Of a stretch of 64,000 nucleotides of DNA, positions 1 through 14,117 are shown piece by piece. The translations under genes were made by a program, and so were the position numbers. The DNA comes from Octopus sinensis. Its lineage: Eukaryota. The notes beneath the pieces are model-generated. The model saw only the letters and a list, made by a program, of their open reading frames with translations. It searched no databases and was not told the DNA's origin. The stretch covers positions 70,246,001-70,310,000 of the forward strand of contig NC_043001.1 of assembly GCF_006345805.1 (NCBI RefSeq), written 5' to 3'. Positions within the stretch are counted from its first letter, which is position 1. The number at the start of each line of letters is the position of its first letter.

Positions 1-20
1 ATGTATGTATGTATGTATGC

Positions 21-52
<32 letters not shown>

Positions 53-73
53 GCATATGTATATATATATGTA

Positions 74-154
<81 letters not shown>

Positions 155-183
155 ATATATATATGTATATATAGATACATATA

Positions 184-214
<31 letters not shown>
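1..214. repeat. (TA)n/(TATG)n microsatellite
   Basis: Direct reading; explains the YI-repeat ORFs. Confidence 0.97.
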
Positions 215-1010
215 CCAGAATGATTTGCACCATAATATCAGATACAAACACCCAACACACATGTCTCCAGGAACTCAGAACTACACTCATAAATAGGAAT
301 TATCCACAACCCCTAATAGACAATACTATCCAACGAGCACCGAAATTAAATATACAAAACCTGAGACAACCAAAACCAAACAACGAAGAAAAATTAAAAA
401 CCCTACATCTCTACACACAACCCACTTAACAATGAGGCTTTGGCACCATACTCGAAAGCACAGCCCTACTCAAGGGGGACCTAAACATGAACCGAATCTT
501 CCAAATGTGCACCATCATAAAAAGTAAACGGCAAGCAAAATCATTAAAAAAGATTTTAACCCAGGCTACACTGCACCCAATAACAACCACAAAATCAACA
601 GTTAGAATATGTGGAAAGTTCAACTGCGGGATCTGTGTCCTCTTAGTAGAATGTTCGGAATACATAATAGAACAAGGCCATCATTTTACCATCAGAACAA
701 ACTTCACCTGTAATTTACGTGATAACATGCGCAGGGTGCAATAGGCAATGTATTGGCCATACAAAGTACAGACTACGAAAAAGGATGGCAGTGCATAAAT
801 CGCAAATTAGGAATCCTGAATATAGGAAAATACCTCTCAGAGGCCACATAGACAGATGTGCATCAAATAAATATCCCAAATTCACAACTTTCCCACTTTA
901 CCAATTCAGTAACAACGTAACTGTCACTCAACGTCATAACAAATAACTCCATTTCATTAGAAAATTCGGACCAAGTCTAAACGCCCTGGACCTGGAACGT
1001 TAAAACCATA
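215..1010 (+). mobile_element. Penelope-like element, 5'-truncated (RT thumb, linker, GIY-YIG remnant)
   Basis: Frameshifted translations [39 protein letters not shown] and ITCAGCNRQCIGHTKYRLRKRMAVHKSQI; homologous to the PLE at 5300-6109. Confidence 0.88.
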
Positions 1011-1071
1011 AATTGGTTCTCCGAAAAGCAAAATGGAATTCTACAACTCCAGTTCCCACTACCACCACGAG

Positions 1072-1072
<1 letters not shown>

Positions 1073-1109
<37 letters not shown>

Positions 1110-1177
1110 ACTACTACTACTACTTCTACTGCTATTACTATAGCCAATGAACTACTGCTTACTCCAACCACCACAGT

Positions 1178-1240
<63 letters not shown>

Positions 1241-1390
1241 AACTACTACGACTACTACTACTACGACGACCAACAGTCTTCCAATGCTGCTGTTAACGGT
1301 CACTTCCACTGCTGCTGCTACTACAGCCAATGAACTACTGCTACAACTCTAACCATCACCACCACGATCACTACTGCTACTACGATAAAC
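1073..1390. repeat. (CTA)n microsatellite, partly degenerate
   Basis: Direct reading. Confidence 0.93.
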
Positions 1391-1567
1391 GGTCACTGCT
1401 ACTACTGCTATTTCGGCCACCGTTCATTTTCACAATTACAGCCAACGAATCTAGTCAACGCACAGGACAGCCATTATGTTCCCCCAACAAAACACCACCA
1501 TGTGGACTCTGTTGAGAGTAGTTAGAAACAATTATGAACATTTTTATTACATTTAACTTTTAAAAAT

Positions 1568-1612
1568 ATTTTTGATAGGGTTCGTTTTTTCGAGAAGAAC
1601 CGAAACGTAAAA
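1568..1612 (+). ncRNA. Decayed hammerhead motif downstream of the PLE
   Basis: ttt TTGATAG GGTTC..GAACC GAAA CGT A aaa: stem II, GAAA and ACGT are kept; the CUGANGA core is corrupted. Confidence 0.45.
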
Positions 1613-1720
1613 TCTCTAAGAAAACTAAAATTTATTTTATATAGTGGAGTTTTCAAACTTCTTTTTTATAAATATATACCCACTCGTATGCCACCTACAT
1701 ATTTTATATATATATATATA

Positions 1721-2090
1721 CTGGCAGCTAAGCCCGGCTTTACCCGGTGTGTTTGGATGATGTGGCTGTGATCCTTTTCGGTTAGGCATAGACTATTACA
1801 ACCTTATCTTTTCGGGTCCCATGTTTCGATTGGACTCTCCAGCTGTATGAAAATTTCCTGAATCCCCCCACTTGTCAGAAAACAGCTTCAGGAGATGTGA
1901 AGAACGATTTTGTATGTAGTCTGTTTCTGAGAGCTATTCTATTGGACCTCTATCTAATCCTTAAAACATTGATTTAATTATGAACATAGAAAGAAATCAT
2001 ACATTAACCCCTATTTTTGTAAGCAGTTGTATCCGTAAAAATTTTATTTGCAGAAAGCAGAAATAGAAAGAAGATACATGAAATGGACTT
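1721..2090 (-). mobile_element. Degenerate non-autonomous Helitron-like element (3' end only)
   Basis: a|CTGG-cagctaag-cccggctttacccgg resembles the CTAG plus hairpin ends at 40587, 42941 and 45697; 5' end not found. Confidence 0.45.
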
Positions 2091-3138
2091 GTGTGTGTAT
2101 ATATGTGTGTATGTGTGTGTGTGTATCAGTGTGTGCATGCGTGCTCATCATATAAAATTTTTACAATAGTTGATTTATGGAAAAGATCATATTAAATTTT
2201 TGAAACGCAAATATGTGAATGAAAATTAAATTCAGAACTCTACATGGTAGCTAGACCAGGTAGCAATTGCAGCCAAATCTCCCTAAAAATATCCTACTGT
2301 CTTAATCCGACAATTCTGCCTATTATGTAGCTTTAATGAGAAACTTTAACTTAAGATTATTAAGATTAAAAAGATTATTAATCCCACAAAGAGATGAAAG
2401 AAGAGAGACAGCATAGCGAAAGCTTTGGCTGACTATCATCCTGTACTCCCCTTGTTGCTAGTGAAATTGTATATGCCGGCTGAGTGAGCAACTCGATGTT
2501 TTAATGACAGAAGAGACAGGGGAATTCTATTAGAAAAGTTTTAATCGATTTTCTCGGTAACTATGGGGGCTAGGAAAATAATACAAACCGCATTCCAGTC
2601 TATGCACCCATCTTCATACATGTGTCATTTTTCACGCGAATCCACCCAGCCGTTTGGCTGTGAACCTCATGACAAGAAAGAATACAACAAAAGAATGCAA
2701 AATGACATGCTTAGGATGTGGTAACCGTTATATTGGACAAACAGGAATTTCACTCCGTCGAAGAACCACCATTCACAAAGAGCAAATCCGCCACCCACAA
2801 TACAGACAGTTACAGGTTAGTGAACACATAGATAAGTGTGCCAGGAACATTAATCCTAATTTCCAAATCTTCCTCTTCTATCAATGTTCACAGAACACCA
2901 CAATGCAACAAACGTTGAATAAAGAGGCATTTTTCATCAATAAATATCTCCCCCAACTAAATATGAACACACAACTTAATACAGAACACCACTAACCCTT
3001 CAATTAAAACCACTAGCCCCTATACACTCCCTACACCATTCACATTACAATTCTATATCAAAATCCAGAACTACTTACCTCCCTTACAAATAATCTTTTC
3101 TCTCAGGAACTATTAGACGTGACACCGTTTATTAGCCG

Positions 3139-3181
3139 GTGTTTATTCAAAGCAATGAATAGCTTTGACGAAACCATGGTA
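3139..3181 (+). ncRNA. Decayed hammerhead in pseudo-LTR 1
   Basis: TCAAAGC/GCTTTGA stem II, GAAA, palindromic ACCATGGT plus A; core reads GTGTTTA. Confidence 0.5.
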
Positions 3182-4759
3182 ATTTTTCTTTCTGACTTTT
3201 TAATCAACTCATAAGAATGACTTTTATTACTATCTCACTCCATCTAAATGTATATATCTCTCGTTACCTTTCACAAAAAGCCTTTTCTTTTTTTATTTAC
3301 AATGTGCATTTTCGTTGATTTTTTTCTTATTTTCCCCTTACATTTCCACGTGCATTTTATATTTTCTTTTTGTAACATATTTCTACTCTATTTCAATACA
3401 CGGGAGATCGAAAATGCCGCAAAATCCAAAACTCTGCAGCGAAAACTCTCAATGAAGAGACCCTTAAGGAACTGAAAGAGATTGACACAAATTTGAGACT
3501 TTTAATTAGCAAGATTGAAGAATTCACTTGCTTTACACAAGAGGCAAAAGAAAAAGAAGAGAAAGAACATCCTCTGGAACAACTCAATCAATATTTGTCC
3601 GAATTATGCACCACTCTTCACTCTTTACCTCATAACAATTCTCTAAATGAAAATCCCCTATAGATGATACACAAGACAGCAATCCCTCCACACTTACACT
3701 ATCTATTAAAAACCGCATTATCCACATATGGAATGAAAAACTTAAAGCCAGAAAATTTTCATTCTGGAATACGATTAAAAACAACTACAAGGCAGAAATC
3801 TACGAACGCTTGCTAAACTCTACACCAATAATTTTGCCTCGTAAATTCCAAATTAAACATATTCCAACCGAGCAAGAAACAACAAAGACAATTAAGAGAG
3901 AATAATCTAACACTGGAAAAAATGAAGACAGAAATAGAACTCCTTAAGCTCAGAGTGCTAAGCAATGAACAAAAATTTAAAAACATAGATGAGGAGAATT
4001 ACAACGAACTACAGAAACATGCAGATGGTCCTCGCTTGGAAAGTGTTTTTAAACTATGGAAAACAACTTGCGTGGATGAAGAAACCAACTCCTTACAACG
4101 CTGTGATAAACAAGCCAATTTCTTTAATAACTACGGAACTCAGTTTAACATAGAAAACGCATCGAATAACTCCTTCCTGAAGAAAAATTAACGAAAAACA
4201 TACACAGAAATGACCCCACGTGTATCTAACACAAACCACAGACGGTCTGAGGGACACAACTCTACCATCTTCAACTCTCTTACTCCCCCAAATAACTATC
4301 AAACAACTATCAATAATTAAACCCACAGTAGGAAATCTAGACACAATCCTCAAGGTATCCTACATACAAATCAATGATTCCATCGAAACCTCCAGACTAA
4401 CCTATATTTTGGGGAACCAATTCCTACCAAGAAGAACTTACCTCCGAGACTTTACACCCAACATAGCTGCCTCAACCAGTCAACTAGACAAAACCTGACT
4501 AGATAACATAAATTCTCCCTCCACCAATATTACAATATTAAAAATCAATTAAACCCAAACCACATCAGCCACAGACGATATAACAACCCTCGGTACAACC
4601 ATAATCCAGTACGCTACACAGACACTTCACAAACACACTACCATAGACACACTTTACACCCATTTTTTCCTCAGCAAACCAAACAAAATACAGACCTTCC
4701 ACATCAATCCACCTACTACCACCATTTTTAGATGTAAACCAGAGAAACAGAGATGTGAA

Positions 4760-6109
4760 ATGGAACAAAATAAACAAGACCAACCGAAAATAATCAACCT
4801 GCCAAAGAAAATCCTGAGTTTTACGCAAACCAAAATCCTAGCAAGAGGTTTAAAATTTACCCCTACCCCACGCAGATCGAACCCAAATAAAATTAAGGAC
4901 AATACTATGGATTTCTGCCGAAAATTACGCCTCAACTACACCAGTGGGTTACATAGAACTGAAGTTATACCAATCATCACTAGAAAAATATGGCGCCGCT
5001 TTTAATTGCTATTTAAAGGAGAACTGGAAGAGATATTTGGATGATTGCTTTATACTTTCGAAAGACAGCATGGATAAACTCCTTGATTTCAAATTAATGC
5101 TTCACAACATACATAGTAATATACAATTCACTATGGAACACAACAATAAACAACTCCATTTTCTAGACATCTTAATTAAAATAGTTAACAACCACATGGA
5201 AACAGACATTGTTTATAAACCCACAGATTCTAAACAATACCTATTATTTAACTCTTGCCACCCCAAACACATAAGAATTAATATACCATTTAATCTAGCG
5301 AAAAGAATCTGTACCATAGTTTCGGATACATATACTCGTGAACAAAGACACCTTGAACTTAGATCAACACTAACTAAAAGACATTACCCAATCTCATTAA
5401 TAAATGAAAGCATTAAAAGATCTAAGGAAATAGATACACAAATATTAAGGCAAGCCAGCCGAAATACTAAACCAGACTTAAAAATACTCCCGTACATTTC
5501 CACACGTAACCCTAGAAACAACGAAGCCTTCAAAATTATCACCCGAAATCTTCCCATCGTCACAGCAGCAAAACAATGTACAAAATTATAAGCTCATACA
5601 AAATTATAAAAAGCAAAAAGCAACCGAAGTCACTGAAAAAACATTAACCAGTGCAAGACTATATCCACTAACAACAGAACCAAAAGTGAAAAAATGTGGG
5701 CGTCCTAAATGTGGAACATGCCCCCACCTTTTGGAGGGTTCAGAATTTCACTTCAAACAAGGAGAAATATTTAAGATCAAATCAAATTTCACGTGCGCCT
5801 CGGAAAATATAATCTATGACATGCTTAGGATGTGGTAACCGTTATATTGGACAAACAGGAATTCCACTCCGTCGAAGAACGACCATCCACAAAGAGCAAA
5901 TCTGCCACCCACAATACAGACAGTTACAGGTTAGTGAACACATAGAAAAGTGTGCCAGGAATCTTAATCCTAATTTCCAAATATTCCTCTTCTATCAATG
6001 TTCACAGAACACCACAATGCAACGAACGTTGAATAAAGAGGCATTTTTCATCAATAAATGTCTCCCCCAACTAAATATGAACACACAACTTAATACAGAA
6101 CACCACTAA
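4760..6109 (+). pseudogene. PLE RT and GIY-YIG ORF, frameshifted and deleted
   Basis: ORFs 4760-5005, 4944-5591 and 5816-6109; the pre-RT segment is joined directly to the region just before YLDD, so the upstream RT motifs are missing. Confidence 0.88.
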
Positions 6110-6252
6110 CCCTTCAATTAAAACCACTAGCCCCTATACACTCCCTACACCATTCACATTACAATTCTATATCAAAATCCAGAACTACTTACCTCCCTTA
6201 CAAATAATCTTTTCTCTCAGGAACTATTAGACGTGACACCGTTTATTAGCCG

Positions 6253-6295
6253 CTGTTTATTCAAAGCAATGAATAGCTTTGACAAAACCATGGTA
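6253..6295 (+). ncRNA. Decayed hammerhead in pseudo-LTR 2
   Basis: CTGTTTA core, same stem II, AAAA instead of GAAA, ACCATGGT plus A. Confidence 0.45.
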
Positions 6296-6561
6296 ATTTT
6301 TCTTTCTGACTTTTTAATCAACTCATAAGAATGACTTTTATGACTTTTATTACTACCTCAGTCCATCTAAATGTATATATCTGTCGTTCCCTTTCATAAA
6401 AAGCCTTTTCTTCTTTTATTTACAATGTGCATTTTCGTTGATTTTTCTTATTTTCACCTTACATTTCCACGTGTATATTATATTTTCTTTTTGTAACATA
6501 TTTCTACTATATATATAAATATTCATGTGACCGCATGTGTATCGTTGGCGATACATACATA

Positions 6562-6592
<31 letters not shown>

Positions 6593-6699
6593 CATATACG
6601 TAAAATATATAAAAAGCGATATATACATATTTAGACATATTTGTTGGATGACCGTTGACTACTCATTAGTTCCTCCATTCTTTGACTGTTCATACTTTT

Positions 6700-6830
6700 C
6701 GTCCAGCATGGTGTGCAACAATCACCCACCTCACCAAGCAAGCCTAGCGTGATTGCTAGTTGAGTCGCCGACGACCCAACCCTGCAACAGTGAGTACTGG
6801 ATTACATGTTACTAGTAGCACTCAAGAGTG
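6700..6830 (-). mobile_element. Repeat fragment homologous to 9172-9300 (probable LINE 5' region)
   Basis: Reverse complement aligns by eye with 9172-9300. Confidence 0.6.
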
Positions 6831-7331
6831 ACCAGACAGTAGCTCTCATGAGCCCATAATACACACGTACATATACAGAAACATAAATACATATATTGTG
6901 TGAGTGTGTAAAAGAGAGAGAGTGAGATGAATTAAAGAGACTGTATATGTACTTTTCAAAGTGATACAGAAGGGTGAATAGATCTTGATATCTTGTAATG
7001 GAACTTAAACGTTCATTCTTTTATTTATGACCTTCACTTTTTAATTCGCATACATCTAGACACAGCCAGTCATTTCTAGACGGCATCTCTTTATCATAAT
7101 GTTAAATTTACTTCCTCGTCCATTTTGTCCTCACACATGAATTTTTATTCATTTATTTATGGTTCCGTTGTTCATATTTGACGTCTCGATAAAACGGTTC
7201 CTTCTTGTTCTTAGCACACACTGAAGATTTACTGAATGTAACAAACCTTTAGAAAAATTGGAAAAGTACAGTCTAAGCATCAGTGATCTCTTCTCTAATT
7301 TTGAATATCGTTTGTTCTATTTGCACTAATA

Positions 7332-7374
7332 TTATTATTGTTGTTATTGTCGTCGTTACTGTTGTTATTATCAA

Positions 7375-7420
<46 letters not shown>

Positions 7421-7493
7421 AGTTGTAGTAGTAGCAGTAGTAGTAGTAGTTTTATTATTATTATCATTCTTATCATTATCACTATTATTATTT

Positions 7494-7547
<54 letters not shown>

Positions 7548-7548
7548 T
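7332..7548. repeat. Compound (ATT)/(GTA)/(CTA) microsatellite
   Basis: Direct reading. Confidence 0.93.
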
Positions 7549-7786
7549 TGCGAAGATGACATTATGGAATATCACGGTTTGTTCACATTTAGAGTGTTGG
7601 TGAAAGCTTACAATTTTTGTTTGTTTGATTCATTTTCTCTCCACTAAGGATGATTGATGGGAAAACAGGATATATAAAACAGTATATAAAATCTTCATAA
7701 AGACTATATATAACAAAATACACGCACATTTAACGAAAACTAAACCGCCTGCTGTTTGAACAGAGACCGGAGATATAGACGTGCGC

Positions 7787-7821
<35 letters not shown>

Positions 7822-7874
7822 TGCTCGTGTTTCTTATTTATACGTGTGTTTATGTACACACATGTTTGTGTGCG

Positions 7875-7907
<33 letters not shown>

Positions 7908-7963
7908 GTATATGTATGTAAATATATATACATACACACACACACACATACATATACATATAT

Positions 7964-8028
<65 letters not shown>

Positions 8029-8375
8029 ATATGCTTACATATACCCGCCTCATAGTTCTATAGAAATCAACCGATGGAAGTAAAAAGTCAGAGTGACAGA
8101 GTAAACAGTGCGGGACTGGATGAGACAAGAAATTAATCTCAATGCCTCTTACTCTCTCTAATGCTTTCAAACCAATCAACGATCAATCGTTATTTGTGTA
8201 TGTGTATGTGTGGGAGAGAGAGAGACGGAGAAAGACAGAGAGTTAGAGAGAGAGTTTTATCACCGCGTATAAAATGATGGAATACCATGGTAAATATACT
8301 AGCCAAATTGTACGTATCACACGTTATTTATGATACTGAAAGAAGAATGATGTATGTATTAATTCGTCTCCATGT

Positions 8376-8412
<37 letters not shown>

Positions 8413-8838
8413 GTAATAGAGTGGATCTGTGCAATTTTGTGTGTCTGTGATTGTGTATTTTATGGGGCGATGGGAACTGTTGACTTTGAAGAAGAATTGG
8501 CTGAAAGAGACGAGTCATATGGGTCATTTTGAAATATGCGTATAGTTGCATAGTAACAGACAAATTCTATACTGGAATATATCAACTGAAAATAAGTTGA
8601 TGCTAAGTGGTGAATGTGGAGATAAATAGGGATGTGTGTAGGTTTGTCTATTTACAGAGAGGATATATTACAGAGAAAGTGAAGAAAAGTTTTTAGAAAA
8701 TAAAGAATAGAGAGTAAACAAGAACGACATGATGAGAGACATGGGGAGATATTTATTGTAAAGATGAAAGTTTTAACGATGACGAAATAGGATGTGTGGA
8801 ATATATGTAAGGAAGGGGAGAGAAAGAGAAACAGAGTA

Positions 8839-8912
<74 letters not shown>

Positions 8913-9171
8913 GATAGCTACATATATATGCTTCACATTTGTACCTGATTTGCAAGATCTTTTATATATGAATACGTGTGCTGAAGCACATATTGTGTCT
9001 GGGGAAAATCGTATTGTCTTATTGCGTTATTATCTAACGCACTCACTGGTTCGATTTCCAACTTTATCGGAGCTGCGTTGTTTTTTTTTTTTACTGTCTG
9101 TACACATGTGTGCTTGTGTATGCACATATGCATGTAATGCATGTATATATATATGTGTATGTCAGGACACT

Positions 9172-9585
9172 TTCGATTGCTACTGGTAACATGTAACCCA
9201 GTACAACCTGTTGCATGGTCGGGTCGTCAGACACTAAACCGGCAACCCCACCAAGCTTGCTTGGTGAGGAGGGCGTTTATTGGACACCCAGCGGGATGAA
9301 AAATGAAAGCCGTCGAAAGGCGGAGAAACTCTTGAGAGTCAACGGCCATCCAATAAATGTTTTAAGGCTGTATCATGCGCGGGGACATAGAAATAATCGA
9401 ACTGAATACCCGATCGCGCGATTAAACCATTGGGAGTGAAGGACTCCTAGCCTTTGTTAGGCCATCCTTTTGCAGAAGGTAACTCAGGTAACTTGGATAA
9501 CTCCGACATAAAACCTGCTGCTCAGTGGTTACCGATGATGTTGACTTGTTCTTCTTTTCGGATAATGGCTGTTGTTGCTTAGTAA
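9172..9585 (+). mobile_element. Structured interspersed repeat, probably an RTE-like LINE 5' UTR
   Basis: Three homologous copies in the window (6700-6830, here, 59575-59790); LINE identity is inference. Confidence 0.5.
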
Positions 9586-9995
9586 GTGGGATTGACTCAG
9601 TGCACAGCCTTTCCTCACTTTAAAAAAATCTTCTTGCACAGGCATTGCACAATAACAACATTGATTAAGCTTCGTGCAATGGCCATACTCGATAAGGAGG
9701 GGGCAGCCACAATATATGTATGTATGTAAAAATTATGTATGCTTGTGTGTACGTATGTAAGTATGTATGTATGTATGTATGTATGTATGTATGTATGTAT
9801 GTATTCTGCATATTCATGTACTTGTGTGTGCATGTCCGTTTGTGTATGTGTGTGCGTGTGTTTCCCTGTATGTGTGCTTGTCTCCCTGCATTACCTACAT
9901 ACCTATGTCTTTATTACCTATGTATCTATCTGTTTACTTACATATCCATTTCCTACACACTGACACGCAAACACACACACATATATACTACATAC

Positions 9996-10046
<51 letters not shown>

Positions 10047-11115
10047 ATATATATATCAATATATATATACGGATATATGTATATGTATATATATTTGCAT
10101 ACATAACGGCCTACTAGAAAATGAACTTACGTATGTGTATTTTTGGGTGTTGGGTTACCATTACCTTCTAGATGTATTTCCTATTTAGTACCGGGAAATC
10201 TTCATTTGAGACCGTACTCCTGTATTTTTCTGAGTGATGGGTCCTTCGCATAAATGCATATGTCAAGTCAGCTTAGTATGCTTCTATGCTGGTCTTTGGC
10301 CTGTTGGTAGAATAAGGAGGACTGTTTTTTGTCATCATATTGCTTCAAGAGTTCATTTAATCTCCGCAATATTTCTAGATGTTTCTTCAATGTATGTCGT
10401 GTTTTTTTTTTTAGAAGTACACTCTATGCAATTTTTTGCACTATCCAGTGGGAATGAATTTCAGTAACTATTAAGATAATGTACTTTTAGTTATGGATGA
10501 ATTAAGTTTAGCTATAACCTTTCCATTCTTATAAATATCAAGTAGCTATTTAACTTGCTATGTGAACGTATGTGCACCAAACCACACGTATGCGTATACT
10601 TACATCTTCATGGAGTCTTGTAAGAGCGAGTGTACAGGGCTTTTCGCGAAAATCCCTGTGCGTGACGGAAAATGAATCACATACAAGATGAGCGAAACTC
10701 AACAAAATGAAAAAATTGTTTTACTCTCTTCTTTTCTTATTTCTCTCTTTTACCTCAGTATGATCCAACTTTTAATAATCTATATTTTTTATATTCCTTA
10801 CCAATCATTTTTGATATTATCTACCCTTCCCCTCATTGAATTTTGTGAATATTTAATCATTTGAACATCTTTTCTATTTCGTAATTTTGAATTTTTTAAA
10901 TCTCATTGTTTTGTATACGTTTGTACCATTGATAAAAATGATAATTGTTGAAACTAGTTGTATGTAAATAAATTTATTTAAAAACAACTATATTTTTCTC
11001 AATTTCAGGTGCATTTTCAGAGACAAATTCTCCTATATGCATATATCATTCAACTACGGTAGCAGTTGAATAATATTCTTAACACCGCAATTTACTCATA
11101 CGCAACACCTTCACA

Positions 11116-11171
<56 letters not shown>

Positions 11172-11184
11172 GTGCGTGTATATG

Positions 11185-11410
11185 TTTGTGTGTCTGTGGT
11201 GTCACCCCCCCCTAAAAAAAACACGTCTTCACAACCAATGCTAATGTGTTTACGTCCCCGTAACTCAGCGGTTCGGCAAAACAGGCCGATAGAATAAGTA
11301 CTAGGCTTACAAAGAATAAGTCTTGGCGTCGATTTGGTCGACTAAAGGCGGTGCTCCAGCATGGCCACAGTCAAATGACTGAAACAAGTAAAAGAGTAAA
11401 AGAGTAAAAT
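11185..11410 (+). mobile_element. SINE family B, 3' half with (GTAAAAGA)n tail
   Basis: gtgtttacgtccccgtaac..ctccagcatggcc..gactgaaacaagtaaaagag shared with six or more other copies in the window. Confidence 0.85.
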
Positions 11411-11847
11411 AGTAACGACACCGCTACTTTGCAATTATTTTAATTACGCCACCTGTATTAATTAATGAAATTGTAACATAAAAATGAGAAAGATTAAATA
11501 TTATCTAGATATTTTGGCAATAACCCAGCAATTTTAGTAATCTTGCATTTTAACTTAAAGGCGTGTCCACGCATCTAAGCTGTTAGCTTACGGCGTTCGG
11601 TAAATTCCGTAGATTTATTTATTTATTTATGTTTGAGTGGAAACGTACATTTTATTTGAAGACAGCATAAAGTGAAAGAGAGAAGAAACGGACATGGAGG
11701 TGTGTATGTGTTGAGTGGGGTGCGAGACAGAAAATGAGTGTTGTGTGTATATGTGAGAGAGAGGGGGGAGAGAGAGTGACGGTATACATGTTTTATATAT
11801 TTTTCTCGCATCTTTTTTCAGTGAATATGAGTGATTGACTGAGAGAC

Positions 11848-11881
<34 letters not shown>

Positions 11882-12265
11882 GGTGTGTGTTGTTTTGTGT
11901 ATGTCTGTGGCTGAGAGAGACAGAGAGAGAATGAGAGAGAGGGAGCAAGAGTGATGGCATAAACTTTACTTAAATGCAAAAAGAAATTTTATGAGAACAC
12001 ACACCTTCACTCATACGCACAAATATAAAAAAACAAGTATGTATTTATGCGTGTACTTTTATACGCCTGATTATGGATGTACGTATGTGTTTGTGTGCGT
12101 AATACTGACCCTAGTCATTTTACATATACATGACAGCTCTCTCTCTCTCTCTCTCTCATTCTCTCTCTCTCTCTGACAGCACCCCTCTCTCTCTCTCTCT
12201 CAGACAAACACGCACTAAAAAGATGCGAGAAAAAGTAAATACATCAAATTCACGCTATCACTTTC

Positions 12266-12296
<31 letters not shown>

Positions 12297-12311
12297 TTCT
12301 CTCTCCCTCAT

Positions 12312-12343
<32 letters not shown>

Positions 12344-12529
12344 TCTCTTTCTCTCTCGCTCTTTCTCTCAACTCAACTTGCAGCATTTTGAAATAACATA
12401 TGCAACTACATATTATTTTTTATGTCATTCGTATTAACTTATATAACCTAAGTTGAATAAGATTATTGAGAAGTACTTATAAAATAATAGCATATTGTAA
12501 ACTCCTAATTTAAGTTCCCAATGAAATTG

Positions 12530-12593
12530 TTATCATTATTATTAGTATTAGTATTAGCATTAGTATTAATAGTAGTAGTAGTATTAGTAGTTT

Positions 12594-12635
<42 letters not shown>

Positions 12636-12675
12636 CAGCAGAAGCAGCAGCAGTAGTAGTAGTGGTAGTAGTATG
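12530..12675. repeat. (GTA)n/(GCA)n microsatellite
   Basis: Direct reading. Confidence 0.9.
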
Positions 12676-14117
12676 TAAACATTATGCATATATATGTATG
12701 TGCGTGTGTGTATGTGTGCACATGTATATGTATACAGGACATAGAGAAAGAGAAGGAAACAAACAAAGAGGAAGATATTGACTGATAGACAAACAGAGAG
12801 GAATAGAGAGATGGTATTGCTACAGTTGATGCAGCGATTGCAATGACGAGCATGATGATTTGGGGGAAAATGAAAATGAAATTAATAATGACAGAAAGAA
12901 CGAACTGTTGAAATGATATATATCTGCAAAAACGTGGCACTCATCGAGCAGGAAACTTCGTTATACGAAGTTCATTGTGCAGAATATTCTCAAATCCCTA
13001 TGCTAACAGAGATGTGCCAATAGCTTTGACTATTTGTTTTGTAGTCAGTCGCCAGTCATCCATCAACCTGTGGTGAACACGATCAATGTTTTCCTCGGTG
13101 GTACAGTTGCAGAACGTTCGGGTCTTGAGTCATCTTCACGTATCTCCCTTCCCCTTCTAAATGTTCATTTTGATAAAGTTGGAGTGTTTTCCCCTTACAT
13201 CGGAACCATGTCAGCATGAATGAACTTGGGGGCTAAATCCTCTTTCAGCAGGTACTTGAAAACTGAATGATCTCAAATTCCCTTGGTTTTCAAGAGAAGT
13301 CGCTGCTTCTTAATTTTCAAGTTTTCTTTCGACTGTCAGATGCCAGTTTATCCGGAAATTTACAATGCCGTTATTAATAACGAGCATTGAAATTAAGGCA
13401 TGCAAGATTTCACATCTCTAACACCTCTCCTTCATTATCAGCATATGAAGCTTTCAGCCCATTCCCGTGCGATGATGGTATTGTATTACCATGATGATCA
13501 TGATGACAACGACGACGACGATGGCTAAGATAATGATGATGACGATGGTGATGGTGAAGACAACTATGCTGATGATTATAACGCTGATGGTAGGATATGT
13601 TGGGATAAAATGTGTAATTGTGTTGAATATGCAGAGAAGATATAACGGGGTCAACATTACAAATCCATTCTTTCAAGACTGTCAGTGTTCGATCTTTGTA
13701 ATCGCCAGTTTCAAAAGTTTTCCTCGTTACTGCTGCGTGTTCTCTGCCTTCAGTAGAACTTTTATTAATTGCCGTCACCAAAACTACCATGATGGAGCAC
13801 TACTGTCATAATTAAACTGTTTGTATCTTTCTTTCTTTTCGATGGTGGGGAGGTTACCAGGAGTGTATTTTGTCAAAGTATGTTAAAAACATTATTTTCC
13901 TCAGTGCATTCGCTGGTGGTGATAGGATGGAACGGACTTATACTCAAACGAGAGACCTGGACCGAACGGTTACAACGGAGAGGAAATTACTAAAACCTCC
14001 CAAGTCCAGGTTCTGAAACTGCCGATGGGTTGCATTTACCAACCAGATAAGGAAATCGTCGCTTCCACTATGCTTCCCCACGGTATTCGTAACATAAAAT
14101 TTACTTTCTCACACCTT

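Larger units (their letters stand above)
2702..6508 (+). mobile_element. Penelope-like element with direct pseudo-LTRs (2702-3387, 5816-6508) and internal RT deletion
   Basis: About 690-bp near-identical direct repeats; ARGLKFTPTP; RYLDDCF (YLDD at 5034-5045); FLDILI; YKPTDSKQYL; CGRPKCGTC; YIGQT..RRRTTIHKEQI GIY-YIG. Confidence 0.93.

Noticed and set aside
10925-10965. TTGATAA..GAAACTAGTT possible decayed HHR
   Set aside because: Core and stem II too degenerate to call.
12954-12972. AACTTCGT-TAT-ACGAAGTT palindrome resembling loxP arms
   Set aside because: Arms truncated and the 8-bp spacer absent; a short palindrome of this kind can occur by chance or in a transposon end.
12940-13400. Possible THAP-like coding remnant on minus
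   Set aside because: Could not recover the C2CH signature in a consistent frame.
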